From: Haliotis asinina
Lineage: Eukaryota
Assembly (NCBI RefSeq): GCF_037392515.1
Contig: NC_090285.1
Location: 70,653,515-70,717,514, forward strand
DNA length: 64,000 bases
Direction of reading: 5' to 3'
Shown piece after piece: positions 1 to 12,988 of this stretch. Each line of letters starts with the position of its first letter. Position 1 is the first letter of the stretch. The notes beneath the pieces were generated by a model that saw only the letters and a list, made by a program, of their open reading frames with translations, was not told the DNA's origin and searched no databases. A program made the translations under genes and the position numbers.

Positions 1-297
1 CGCTATACCGCCCCCGCGACTTCCTCTATCTTTACGAAACGGTAAATGATAATCTGGGATAGCTATATCACCATTTGGAATATTTTCTGTTAGCCATGTT
101 TCGGTGAGACAGATAACATCGTTAGAGTTGAACTCAGCGTGAATAATATCAATCTTTCCTTTGAGAGACCGCACGTTTAAATGGATAATTCTCAGATTAC
201 GTGGACCGGGATTTGGGTGAACATCTCCACAACAGAGCAGCAGTAAGATTATAATAACAGATATCGAGGGTGTATATAAACACCGTACTTTTGACAT
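1..297 (-). CDS. 5' part of a non-LTR retrotransposon ORF, continuing beyond the window start. A 32-aa N-terminal leader ends in a 2A-like motif (LLLCCGDVHPNPGP), followed by the start of an APE-type endonuclease domain (RNLRIIHLNVRSLKGKIDIIHAEFNSNDVICLTETWL).
   Basis: My own minus-strand translation: ATG is the complement of 295-297 and the frame stays open to position 1. The L-N-V/I-R-S-L ... D-I/V-x-x-L-T/S-E-T-W-L pattern is the standard N-terminal signature of L1/CR1/RTE-class apurinic endonucleases. The leader is T2A-like. Confidence 0.55.
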   Translation of the reverse strand, partial: MSKVRCLYTPSISVIIILLLLCCGDVHPNPGPRNLRIIHLNVRSLKGKIDIIHAEFNSNDVICLTETWLTENIPNGDIAIPDYHLPFRKDRGSRGGGIA

Positions 298-1194
298 ATA
301 AATAGAGATTAATAGTTTGTGCAATGATGAAGAGTGAAGCTTAACAGCAAATCTGCCCACTGCCTGCCTGTACTGGTTTATATCAACCGTCATCAATAAT
401 CACATAATATATATATGTGACAGAGGCAGTGAGTGTCAACGAAAGGACATGCATATATAAACCAGTCATTTGGTAAATCCAAAAATTCACAATTATGGAA
501 TCATAATGTTCATTTCTTGTTTCAGCTTTAAACCACAGGATAAATTGAGACAACAAACTAAAAAACAAAACAAACAATAACCTAGTCATGTGTGGTAAAA
601 GAAAAATACCAAGAAAACTTTGGGTATTCATAAACAGCAACAAATTATGGAGTGATTACTTACCAAAATATATTCAAAACGATCAATATGCAACTATAAG
701 GTATCAGATGTATAGTATATGCACATACATGACTGTTGTATGTAGAACAGTCGCAAAAACATCTATAACACTTACCGTCATTGATCACTCCTTCGTGGTA
801 AGTTTCACTAATTTTAACACGGAAGGTATTTTATATATAAATAAACGTCGATGTATTTTGAGCGAAAAGTTAAAAGAAAATTTGCTGTCCAACTATAGCA
901 ATATGTACCATGAGTCATTTACGTGTGGAAGACGAATACCACTTTCTATTAGCATGTCCATTCTACCATACAAATAGGATGCAGTTTATACCTGGGTGTT
1001 ATCATGCGAGTCTATCTGTTCTTAGGTTTAAGCAGTTTTTATGCATAAAATACAAAATATTATCAAAAGCCAAAGGAATCTATTTGAAGATACACTTACC
1101 TGTTTGACTGTTTTATACTGATGTACTATACTCCTGAATATGTATTGGATGCGCACAACAAAGAATTGTGCATATTTTGTACTCTGAATCACGT

Positions 1195-1245
1195 GGCCTC
1201 TCTCTCTTTCTCTCCCTTTCTCTCTCTCTCTCTCTCTCTCTCTCA
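1195..1245. repeat. (TC)n/(CT)n microsatellite
   Basis: Directly visible run ctctctctttctctccctttctctctctctctctctctctc. Confidence 0.9.
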
Positions 1246-4100
1246 TAACACCGTCTGTCTTGGTAATTTGTTTGACTGGCTTTATTAGAAGTTGGTGACT
1301 AATAAGAGAGAGTAAGATTCTTCATGAATAACAACTTCTTTATTTCATATGATGCGACGTTTCGGTATGGATCCTTATACCGTTGTCAAGCAAGAGTGGG
1401 GTAATACATCACAGAACAGACTTATATACATGGACAGGGATAAAACAATAACAACATGTAGGTATGAATCAAAGGGGGATTAACAACAGCAACAATGGAT
1501 GGTGGTGATGATCTGACAATAAGAAGAGTCCAATGGTGACTGCAGCCGATACAAAGTATACATGGCTGATAGGGTAATTACTAATGATGGCTGGTGAGCT
1601 CTAATCTGCTATCTATATCAGTTCATTGTATGCAGTTGGGATGTCTGTCTTGGAAGACTGGAGAATACTCAATTCGGTTTCTTTATTAGGTATAAATACT
1701 ATAAAGGCCAACGGTCCACGTGCAACACAATACAAATAAATCATTATAATGACAGATGGGAGTTTCTAAGAAACAGAGCTTCCTTCACAAACCTTGCAAC
1801 GTTAAACAAAATGTTCATTGATTACATGTTAGAAGAGTTTCAGACTTAAACATGGTCGGTGAATTATAATACTATCTAGGTGTATACATGTATTTTGATC
1901 TGAGATAGTATACAATGGACATTTTCGGGGGAAGTGATATTCATCTTCTACACAACCTTACGCACAAAATGTGTACACATTATGTTACAGCGGACAATGC
2001 CACACCTACCAGTATTCTCACATATATGTAATAAATATACATGTCGTCTGTATTATCTTTCTGAGAGGGCAGACATGTAATATTCAATTGACAATAGAGA
2101 TTTATACTCTTTATATTTACATGATTTTCTTCAATCACAAATTTTAGAGTACCCGTTTTCTTGATTGCAGTCTTTAAGTCTCTGTGCAAAAGTATTGAGA
2201 AACATGTTTTTATCACCCACTTCATGTGATCCACACTAAACCACAGCCATAACTATACAGTTGGTGTTCACCTTTGATTCTCAAATTATACGATTACATT
2301 CGTCTAATAATTTACATAATATATAACACTGTTTTGGATATCTAGCAGTTGGCATTGATAACAATTTTAACCAAAATGCAATACATCGTTTATGGTAATA
2401 AATAAACAGACCACATTCTTCAAAACAGCAACTTGTGAGACGTAATACCCCATCACCTAAAACATATTTACAACATTTAGTGTGAAATCGTTCAACATAT
2501 TGAATTTTGGAAAAATTCTCATATCTAAAGAAAAAATGGTTTTGTTTGCCCGTCAAGAACCTTAAACAAAACAGTGATAGAAGTATTCTTGAACTTATAC
2601 TGTAGGTGTTTAGCTGAAAATATAGCCCCAAACAGAACAGGTCTAAATATTGCAGACACCTGCTTCGTGTTGAATGTAAAGGTACAATGTGTAACAGTTG
2701 AAACATTTGTGCGCAACATTTAACCCTGAACCCACACAAACCCATACTGTCCGCCTAAAGATACCTTCTATCCCATGCACCTAGTACTTTGAACCCACGT
2801 TAGCTAGTACCTGGTACTTAGGTCGCAGCAGAGCTGGCTGAGTCGGAGTTCTGGGGATTTGCCCTGACTCTGTACAAAAACACTCACTGAACCATTGTCG
2901 CTTATGTAAAAGTATTAAGTATATTCTGTGTGAAAATATTGATTCGTTTGTTCCTAACTTAATTCAACCAGAACTTAATTCAACCAGAAACGGTCAAGGG
3001 TTCAACACTGGCACATCACTCGAAATTAATGAAATATCAGCAACATCCGAGTGTCCTTATGTATGCTAGTGATAGGGAGAAGGACACTGCGTTTGACACA
3101 ATATGTGGTAAGTTAGACGGTTTGGGGCAGTGGTTTTCGCGGGAAGGCTTCAAGAGATGATTCTCGGGAGTCATTCGGACTTATCTTGACGAGTAGAAAG
3201 TAAGTCATTTACTCCAAGTTGCTGCTCGGGCAGACGATGATTTCAGTTGCAGGCAGGCAGTGTTTTCAGGTCAGTGTTCACAAGGATAATTTAATCTCCC
3301 CCAGTTAGACTTTGCCAGCATGGCACCAAGACGTTGACAATGTTCCAGTTTGCTGTTACTTCTAAGATAGCTTTTGGAGGAGGAACTGGAGAACAACAGA
3401 TCTAAATGCTGAAAAGGATGGAGATTATATAGGATATTGTGCTTCAAATTCCTTTCAAAATTATGTTTTGAGTTTGTGAATTATGTCTCTTTTTCTTTCG
3501 GTCTAATTTGCGTATAGCCATGGAGAACCTTACAAAAACTGCCATGTGTGTATATCGGTCGGCAAATCAAATCCACTTGGGATTCATTTCTTCTGACCTT
3601 CTCTTTGGGTATACTCTTTGTAGACCATAGAAGCACTGGACGGATCACTGGGTGTTTATGATAATTCTGACAAGAGTTTGCACGATCACGTTTCCTTCTT
3701 TCGGACTAGACTTTTGAAAGCTTCTGGTGTTGTTTGGGATAATTCGAAAGGATCCCAGAACATGATGAAAATACACCGTGACAATGTGACAAGGAGTCTC
3801 GAGACAGTCCTGGCAAGATAGAGCTATTGTTTACCCTAGTCAGCCATTACAAGCTATGTACCATGGGCCATGTGTTACTGATAGGAAAGTCAGAGATACT
3901 ATGTTGTGTTAATACCAGGGTCTCCTTTCACAAAACACTGAGGTGATGGTAAGTCACTAAGGTAACCTTAGTGCAATGATAAAGAACTGGAGTTAAGGTC
4001 AACCTTAGGAAAGGTTGTTTCGTGAAAAGATCCCCAGGTCGTAGTAAACGGACACAGCTTTATATCTAACATGATAGCATGGACATAAACCGTGTGAGCA

Positions 4101-4436
4101 TTGTTTTTGAAACTGTCTCTTACCCATTACCAGTATGACTCAAAGTACACCAGCAAGTGTGACTTACTGAAGGGGTATTGGCAGATTCCACTGACAGAGA
4201 GTACCGAGCAGGTAACAGCTGTTGTATCACTACAAAGTACATGTATGCCAACTTCCAGCGGCGACAAGCTACTTCGAGTTGGCGCCTGTATGCCTGATAC
4301 CACCACTCACTCCATAGTCTTGGAAAACACTAAAGCCAAGTTGACAGAGAATTTATCAAAATGTCAGTTTGAACAGGTACGTGTACAGTATGTTGGTCAT
4401 GTGATAGGCCTAGATCAGTTCCTCAAAACAATATGA
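4101..4436 (+). pseudogene. Degenerate reverse-transcriptase fragment of an LTR (gypsy/BEL-like) retrotransposon
   Basis: ORF contains DLLKGYWQIPL (RT motif 'DL.sGYhQI') and KCQFEQVRVQYVGHVIG (the 'KC.F....v.yLGH.i' RT/RNase H junction). The YxDD core region between them is missing or deleted. Confidence 0.5.
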
Positions 4437-5738
4437 GTTTGGTGAATGGCTGACTTCTTGAAACTGGTAAAAAATCTCAAGTGCTGCGAGCCATCCTAGC
4501 AATTTGCTTTGCAAGAGATGGGAATTTCTTTTGAATTTCAACGGCCAGGGTCTCTTTAATGAACACCGTGGCCATCATCAATTGTCCTGTTCCTCCTTAA
4601 ACTGGCCATAGAGGCTAACCACGTTGCTTCTGGGGGTGTCCCGTTGCAAGAATATGCATCAGGCTTCCATCATCCTGTTTGTAATTTTTCAAGTTAATTT
4701 TCATAAACTTCAGATAAATCGTTCTACCATTGAAAGAGAAACTCTCGTTTTGTTATCAAATCTCCGGCAATTTGAAGTTGGTATCCTATTCAAGTGTACA
4801 CTCTTCACAATCAACTGATTTTTCTTCATTAAACGTAAGCATCTAATACGCTGGAGCTTGTCTCTACCGCAATTTGATGCAGACACTCTTTTCATTATTA
4901 TACTGGTATTTATCTAGCACTAAAGTCCACCGCACCTACATGAATGCTCAGAGCTCTTTGATTCTTCCCATCGAGCACTATGCCAATCTCAACTGCCTGG
5001 GCATCAGACATGTCGTTCAGTCTCCACGTGCACCAAGATTTAAAGTGGCTTTCCCAGCATAAGAGATTCTACCAAGTCACAGTTGGATGAACCGTCTCGA
5101 CAGTACGTAGTCCATGTTTACTGCACAATGCCGTACCGCAACTAGGTGTTTGCATGTATTCATGTGGCTACCATCTGGTCAACTGCCAACAGATTCGTGG
5201 GTTCTTCTAAGCGCACAGGGTTGTGTACTGTACACCAGGGGGTGTAACAACATGGAAAGGAGTCTGTCACAAAGCTCACTGCTATGTTTTTACACCATAT
5301 CACAGGTGGGCTGATCACGGCACCTCCAAACTCGCTGGATTACTAACCTTGCGCCTTAGACAGCTCGCCCACCTGGGAAAAACCCCGTACACGCTGATAA
5401 CGATGGTTGAATGTTTTGACAAGAATTTGTTGTTTAATTAGTAAAATGAGTGTTCTGATTACGTTCAAACTAATGTTTGTGGAACACGATTTAAACGGCC
5501 ATACAGAGAATGATCTGCTTGAGTGCAGTATATAAGGGGATATAGGTATTACCTCTCATTTCACATTTTAACCCAAGCCACACGAAGACCAGTATGCTGT
5601 TCTTCCATTTCAGACTACTAGTGTATCGTGTTGGTTATAGGTACTACATAGCTCATAGGGCCTCGAGGTACTAGGTACACTGGGACTGGTGCCTATAATA
5701 AAAATTGGATATGAGGGTCTCACCTTAGAGAAACCTCG

Positions 5739-5771
5739 TTGTATGTATGTGTGTATGTATGTATGTATGTA

Positions 5772-5845
<74 letters not shown>
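5739..5845. repeat. (TGTA)n followed by a long (TG)n microsatellite
   Basis: Directly visible. Confidence 0.9.
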
Positions 5846-5846
<1 letters not shown>

Positions 5847-8569
5847 TTACATGTTCTGTTTTATACCTTGTTTGCGAGCGCCAGTGAAGGTAACAATGCA
5901 CCATGTACCATCGTTTCACGTATTATATTATTCTGGCCACGGGGGCGGTAAAATATAACGTGTGTAGTTTTTACTTATCGAAATATAAACTTTGTAGAAT
6001 AGGACACTGGGACAAAGCATCATAAAGTTCCTATGCATCTGGGTTCTTGTCCTCCTTGCTATTGTGAGTGACCGAATGAGTGAGTGGGTTCACATTTGCG
6101 CCGCACTCTTCAATATTCCAGTTATATGGCAGTGCTTGGAAAATAAATTTAAGAGTTTAGTGGGCATCATCACTGTGTGGTGACCAATTTGTATCCAGCT
6201 TCTTTCATGACTTCAGGTCATCTGGTCTCGTTTCTCAGTCTCTGCTTTAGCACAACAACCTATCGCTTCATAGTCTATATTGATTGAACAGCTATAGTTT
6301 AACTGTCGCGTTGTTCTAATCGCACGCTAGACGTAGTATCGAACAGATACCTTGCTGATCGAGGATGGAGATATTCTTAGATAGACTAACGCATAGTTTA
6401 TTCATGAGGGACTACCGGCCCTGAATACATTGATATACAGCATGTCGTGACCACGCTTGCTCGGATAAAGTATAGAACAACTTTTCAGGTTGGTTGGGTT
6501 GGGATACGATGACATGTATCAGCTAAGCCAGCGAGCCTGACCACTCGATTCCGTTAGTCGCATTTGTGGGTTCTGAAGACCTATTACAATCCAGACCTTC
6601 GCGGGTCTTTCATACAGGAAAACATGGGTCATCAGAAATATATACTTAGAATGCTCATCTACAGGTTAGCGTCACTTTGAATTACCTGTGTGGTCTGCTC
6701 TGGAAATGGAGATTCAGTGTAATCGACCTGTATGGATACATTTCTTGATTTTGGATGTGTCTCCCAAATTACTGAACAGACGCTCCCATCAGGTTCCCAC
6801 GAGGAGTGCACGGTGCGCTCGTAAAATATGCCTCGCATTTCTAACTTCATACCTTTTGAAACCGCAGTTCTAAATAGCGTTCAGTAAACATTGCTCCAGT
6901 ATATTGTTTTCCGCTTACATGCCGCAGAATAGGCTTTCAGAAATATAAAATTCACCTCTGAAATTACCGCATTTATTTCAACTTAGACGCATTCCGCGGG
7001 TTTGTTTCCGTCGGAGCCCATGCAAGTCTAGCTCACTGTAGGTCACGTGGTTTTGTTGTGGAACTCTCTCGAGTGGAGTTAATATTGTGCACTCCGTGCG
7101 GTAACAGGTGCGAGGAGAGTGACTGAGAGAGTGCGGTAATTTTGAGCAGGAGATAGCACGCCAGTGATATGGACACTAATAAAGACTGAGACAGGGCTGT
7201 GTTGCCACCATGGAGTTAGGGAGAGCAACATTGCGCGGGAATGGACTTAATCTCCTTCTAAACGGTAAGATGTGTGAAATGTTTACTTTCGTGTGAACTT
7301 TGACAAGCGCTGTGGCATGGCTATTGCGTGATGTCGATCTGAATGGCCCATCAGTTGGTGTGTCTCCAGTTTGTTGATGCCTGTGTATAGACAATGATGG
7401 CATCACTTATAGTCCTGTCAGTGTGTTGTGTCAAGTCTCTGCTAACTGTCAGTGTATATTTTACCCTGAAACATAGCCTATCTTTGACAACATTTTGTCA
7501 CCAAATCAAAGCTGTCGCTGCTCTCAGCTTCTAATCAACCTGAGAACGGCCGTTTGTGTGTCGGTGTGTTTTCACGAGTTTGAATTGCCTGTTTTCGTTA
7601 CATTTTATGTATGAGATTAACAGTGTTGGTTTGTACAAATGTCCAGAGCCTAGTTTACAAACTTTTTGACTTGTGTGTACTAACAATTTTAAGTGAGTGA
7701 ATAATTCAGACCAATCCTAATGTTCAGTAGTTTAGCCGACCAGGTGTCATTATTGTTGTGATACAATGTATGAAAGTGTGCAGATCTCACTGGCGAGACA
7801 ACTACATTAGTTATACAGCGATGGCAATGTCTAAGGGGTGGCATCTGGTGATCATTAATTCGGTATCAAATTAATTTACATCTGTATTAATTGTTGACAA
7901 GCTGCCTTCCTCTTCTCAAGGAAATAGACTTTCTTTCTATAGCAAGATATGTTGGCCTATAATAGGCAATATGTAAATTACTGTGTAAAAACTGAGTCAC
8001 CAAATCAACATTATGTGTGTTTATTTCATGGTTAAATTATATCAATCATTTCATTAATTATATTCAATGCGATGGCCACTTTATCATACTTACTGGGATA
8101 GACGGAAAGTAACAAGAATCACAATCTATTGGTTCAAATTCAAATTTTTAACGTTCCTTCAAAACTGTACTTTGTCACTCAGACCTGGAATGAAAACTTC
8201 AAAGTGGAGTGCCCAGATGTAAAAGGCATCCTGTTATGTAGACAATAGACACACATCCACCAAGAATGTTAATGCTGTATTGTTTTTTACTCGTTGCTAA
8301 GCAACTGTTCAGGCTATGGACCTGCTGGCCATGTAAGCAGGCATAAGTACATGAGGCACACATGTCATCTGCCATGGGTGTTTGTTGACTTGTGGGAACT
8401 GGGATCTATTGTATAATGCATGGGGGATTTAACTTACAATGTTTGGCAAGTTTTAATTACGTTAAGTAGTTTGACATATGTCTTGGGGATGAATACTGTT
8501 TTCAGCATGTTCAGTGCTATGCATCAATGTTCCTTTTGGAATTAAATTGTGATAAGAAGAATTTTGCAC

Positions 8570-8755
8570 CCAAACTGAGTGAATCATGTCATCTGGCCGT
8601 GAGCTAGCTTAGCACAGCTTTTAGCAATATTCCAGCAATTTCCTGCAAGGTGACGTTAGTAATGGCCTTCACACATTGTACCCATGTGGGGGATGGAACC
8701 CTGGCCTTCAGCGTGATGAGCGAACATTTGAACCATGAGGCTACCGCACCACTTG
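8570..8755 (-). repeat. tRNA-derived SINE copy, same family as 56520..56687 and 62898..63056
   Basis: Reverse complement matches the SINE consensus seen elsewhere (ttagcaatattccagcaat ... cttcacacattgtacccatgtggg ... gaaccc). Confidence 0.55.
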
Positions 8756-11431
8756 GCCATGATGTTGAATGTCAGTGGCTGCAGTGTATGAGAGTGGTTC
8801 ATGTGTGTATGTCACTTTAAATTTTATCTCAGTCACTGTAGTGTGTATGTTTTTCTCATTCATCCTCGGGTGATTGTCTTATGAGCGATTTTCCAGTGTA
8901 TATTTGAACTTGGACCAGATTACACAGCCAAAATTATTGCATGTATGTGTATCACATCATTAACAGAGATGAGAGACCTGCATAACAAACATTTAGATTT
9001 AAACCAGACCAACAGGCCTGACAGACTACCACATGCAAGATTGGTCTCTCTAGCATTTGTCAAGACAAACAAACCTATATTCATTAGGACTCAAAAACTG
9101 TCACAGAATTCTCATTCGTGTTCATCTTTATGGCTTTTTTTATGTGTCTAAGTTTTCTTTAAAATTAAAAATTACAGACATCGGCACATGCCTAGTGGAC
9201 ACACAGGTGATCAAGTTATATGTATTTGATTTATTGTTTGTTATCCCCTCTTGTCAATGTGACACTGTCCCAGTTATGTGGAGTGTCTGTGTACACTGGG
9301 TGTATGAATGGAGATCTGAGAGGCTTTCACAGGTTGAAATAAAAATCTTCACTTAGTGTGGAGGGCGTCTCAAGGGACCCTCTGACAGTGATGGGAACGG
9401 ATGAGTAATTCTTTTAACATGACAGTGGTATTCCAAGGAGTATGTGACGCATACTTGTTGTTTGTTTACCAGTGTGAAATTCCTATTAATCTCCTTCATG
9501 TCTATGTGGCCAGCACTTGTTCAGTATCTCTGTAATTTGTTTGGAGTTATTTTCTGTTGGGTCGTGCTTGATGTGAGTCAGATAGCAGATTACATGAAAC
9601 AGTATTCTTTAAAAGAACAATGGCTCCTCTTGAAAGAATGAGTTAAGCTTGTAAGTATTACTTATTGTAATTAAAATTAACACACTTTTTCAAGAGGAGA
9701 TTTACCATTCTGTTATCTGACTTAAATCAAGCCTAATCCTACCTGCCACTGTAGATTTATGTATATTACTACACATGATATTGATAATTCTGTACTGAGA
9801 TGATGATGTATCAGGTACCAGATGTCCAGCTGGGCCACTCCAACCTCTGTCAGTATTCATCACTTCTGTTTCCCTACTGACTTCTTAAACTGCCGAAACA
9901 GTTTCAAGCAGGATGATATCTGTTTCCTTGAACAATTAATTAAAACAAAATCTAAACTTTGGCTTTGTGGAGTGAAAGTGAACTAGTCATGTGTGTTGTG
10001 ATGTATGGTTCTACAGTTCTGTCATGGTGAAGGACATTCTTCTAGGTGTAGGATATGTAGAATGAGGATCCCAAGTATTCACGTCAGATAATTTAGCATG
10101 TCATTGTTTGCCTGTAGTGACACAGTTCCCATAACGCCAGTTACATTCCTTCCGTATGATGCCAACTTTCCCACCCTGGAATAACTAAATAAAGATCTTT
10201 CTCTCTAAAAAGATAAACTGGCTGGGAGTAGCTGAGGTTTTTGCTGTTATTAAACAGTCATGCCCCATGTGTCTGAAGAAAGCTGCAGCACATCAGAGTG
10301 TATGTATGTGATGAAGGTGTTTTGTCAGAGGGTCACTTGTCTTACATTCTTTGTTCTGTTACTAAGTGTATGAGAACACAGCTTGACTGAGAAGTGTGAT
10401 ATGATGATCTACCCTGGTAGTTGAACATTCTGAGATGTACTGAATGTAAGGTAATCAATGTTTTCACTGAAAAGATTTGTCTTGACTAGTGTGCAACAAA
10501 CATTGGTGTTCAGAAACAGGAATGAAGAACTCAATATATTGCAAAATTGATAAAGTGAGGCTGTGACTGAATACACTAATAACAGGTCATGATGTGTTGT
10601 TGGGCGTGACTGTATTGAGCTAATTTGAAGATGTGGATTGCTTAGGAAAATATATCTGAAATTTTTGAGAATCAGAATTACAAACGAAACATTTTTGCTG
10701 CAGTTAGTGTGCAAAGGGCACTTTGTTCACAATTCTTCGTAAATCCCTTCCTTGTAATTTGTGTTGTGGTATGTGAATAGATGAAACAAAAATGAACTGT
10801 ACGTATTAGTGAATCTTAGCTTCGGAGATAATGATGGTTTCTGTCTACAGTTGCCGGATATTAGTATGGTTGTAAGAGGGCAAGCCAGTAGGATTGTTGT
10901 CATGGTCACCGTTGTGGCTGACATCAGGGGCTTATTGTTTCCTCATCCCTACTGAATGGCATCAAGAACTTAAGAGAACAGCCCCCTGTACACAGCAGCA
11001 GATCAGGGAGACTGGGATTAAGTGGCAAGGAGATTGAGACTGGGATTATGAACAACTGTAGCCATAATGCTGATTAGGGTCAGACATGATTGTGTGGACA
11101 TCAGGTATTGACAGTCCCCTCCAGATTTCCCTGTAGACAAAGGCTTGTCAAATATCTGTTGATACTTCATATTGTACAGGCTTCTATAACCTTACATGGT
11201 AACTGATAGTGAGAGAACTACTTAATTTTGATGGTGTGTTGAAAATGTGATCTCTTTAGACACTGTACTTTGTTGCTGTAAACAGGGTTTCTGATCTCTT
11301 CACTTTTAGAACATTCATATCATGGAAGATGTCCTTGAAGTTTTGAGATCCTTTCATTACAAGGAGGCAAAATGTCCGGTCTGGTTTTGCTATGTTCTGG
11401 TGACATTTGTCTCTAACCTAATGTCTGCAAC

Positions 11432-11788
11432 AGAGTATAGAGTATCAGTGCAATGGAGTATAGAGTATCCGTGCAATGGAGTAATGAGTATCAGTGCAAT
11501 GGAGTATGGAGTAATGAGTATCAGTGCAATGGAGTATAGAGTATCAGTGCAATGGAGTATGGAGTATAGAGTACCAGTGTAATAAAGTATAGAGTATCAG
11601 TGCAATGGAGTATAGAGTATCAGTGCAATGGAGTATAGAGTATCAGTGCAATAGAGTATAGAGTATCAGTGCAATAAAGTATAGAGTATTAGTACAATGG
11701 AGTATAGAGTATCAGTGCAATAAAGTATAGAGTATTAGTGCAGTGGACTGAAGAGTATCAGCGCAATAAAGTATAGAGTATCAGTGTG
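11432..11788. repeat. Minisatellite, ~27-28 bp unit (agtatagagtatcagtgcaatggagtat), ~13 copies
   Basis: Directly visible tandem repetition. Confidence 0.85.
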
Positions 11789-12522
11789 ATTGAATTATTC
11801 CATCATCATCATCTCTTGTGTTCTCATATTATCGTGGCAGAAAGTTTGAGTATTGTAAGTAAAATACTGACAGTGTATGGCCTGATCTAGGATATAAACA
11901 AGCTGTAACTCAGTGTACGTGTATGTTTGCATCTTGTTGTGTTATGTAATCAAGTTGTAAGTCATAACACTAAATCCATATTTAATCTTTGCAGGTGTTA
12001 GAGACCTTGAGTAAATCTAGCTTTGTAGTTACCTGCTTTATGGTTTAAACAAGGGATCAGGTGGATTGTATTATTTAGGCAAGTTTAGCTAAACTATAGG
12101 CCTCGTTGTGACTTAGACTTGTGGCCCTTAGATGCTTTAAAGAGAAAATTCTCATTTGGTGTTGAGCAGAGCGGAACTGTTACTCTGGTATTTGAAATAT
12201 TCGTGTGTACAATATGCTGGCCTGCTGTAATGTGGGTTGATAGTGTAACATGATGTTGCTGATAGTGAAACAGACATGGATCTGTGATTCCTTGTTGTTT
12301 GTTGTGTTTTCACTATTCCAGTAAACCCAGCATGTCAAACCCGAAATCATCGTCATGTATTGTACCATGGTGTTATGATAGGTATCGAATCCTGACTCTG
12401 GGTTTGACAAACACATCTTAACCACTAGTTAAGCAGCCACACTGTATCAGACTTACTTCACCTCATTCAGTCACATGGAAATATATGAATTGGATATTGC
12501 CAACTCAGAAACAGCTTGTGCG

Positions 12523-12684
12523 CTACTGCAGCTCACCTTTACAAGTGTGTGTATAAATACAGTTATAACAACATGGGAGACTTTTTGTGGTATCTCTGTT
12601 ATACAAGGCCTTCTGTAGCTCACCTTTGTAACTGTAGGTATAGGTACAGTTATAACATCAGAAACTTTTTATGGTATCTGTGTT
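12523..12684. repeat. Host ~77-bp satellite, about two monomers, abutting the left end of the Polinton-like element
   Basis: Same monomer family (ctgcagtagctcaccttcacaactgtgtgtataggtacagttataacatgggagagtttgatggtatctgtgttacacaagg) as the array at 28307..28921 and the monomer at 26977..27062. Confidence 0.8.
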
Positions 12685-12988
12685 AGTAGTATAGGGAATG
12701 ATAGTTCTGGCTCACTTTCAAGAAATGTCTCTACAAAGCCTTATTTACTAAATAAGGCTTTGGTTGGGTCATTAGCTCTTGCTACTATTACCCCTACTAC
12801 AAAAAAGTTGGCGGTAATTACTGTGCCTTGGTAGGAGGTAACACTGTGCCGTACGGTACGATCAATAATTCTTCTCTTACAAATCCCCTACCCGGCCCAT
12901 CCCTCAAGTAGTATAAGTTAGGTTCGTCGGCTTTCATATCCACTTTATCTATGTTGTAAGTTTTGACTGACCATATAGGATCGGTGGC
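12685..12988. repeat. Left terminal inverted repeat of the Polinton-like element
   Basis: 100% identical to the reverse complement of 26673..26976. Confidence 0.9.

Noticed and set aside
1028-1246. ORF 1028..1246(-) MREREREREKGRERER
   Set aside because: Translation of the (TC)n microsatellite.
5689-5958. ORFs through the (TGTA)n/(TG)n microsatellite (5689..5958 +, 5725..5919 -)
   Set aside because: Poly-CV/poly-HT translations of a dinucleotide repeat, not genes.
11432-11788. Considered whether regularly spaced direct repeats (here and at 44095..44690 and 59950..60215) could be CRISPR arrays
   Set aside because: Eukaryotic context (introns, SINEs, Tc1). The repeats are contiguous tandem units without unique spacers, so they are mini/satellites.
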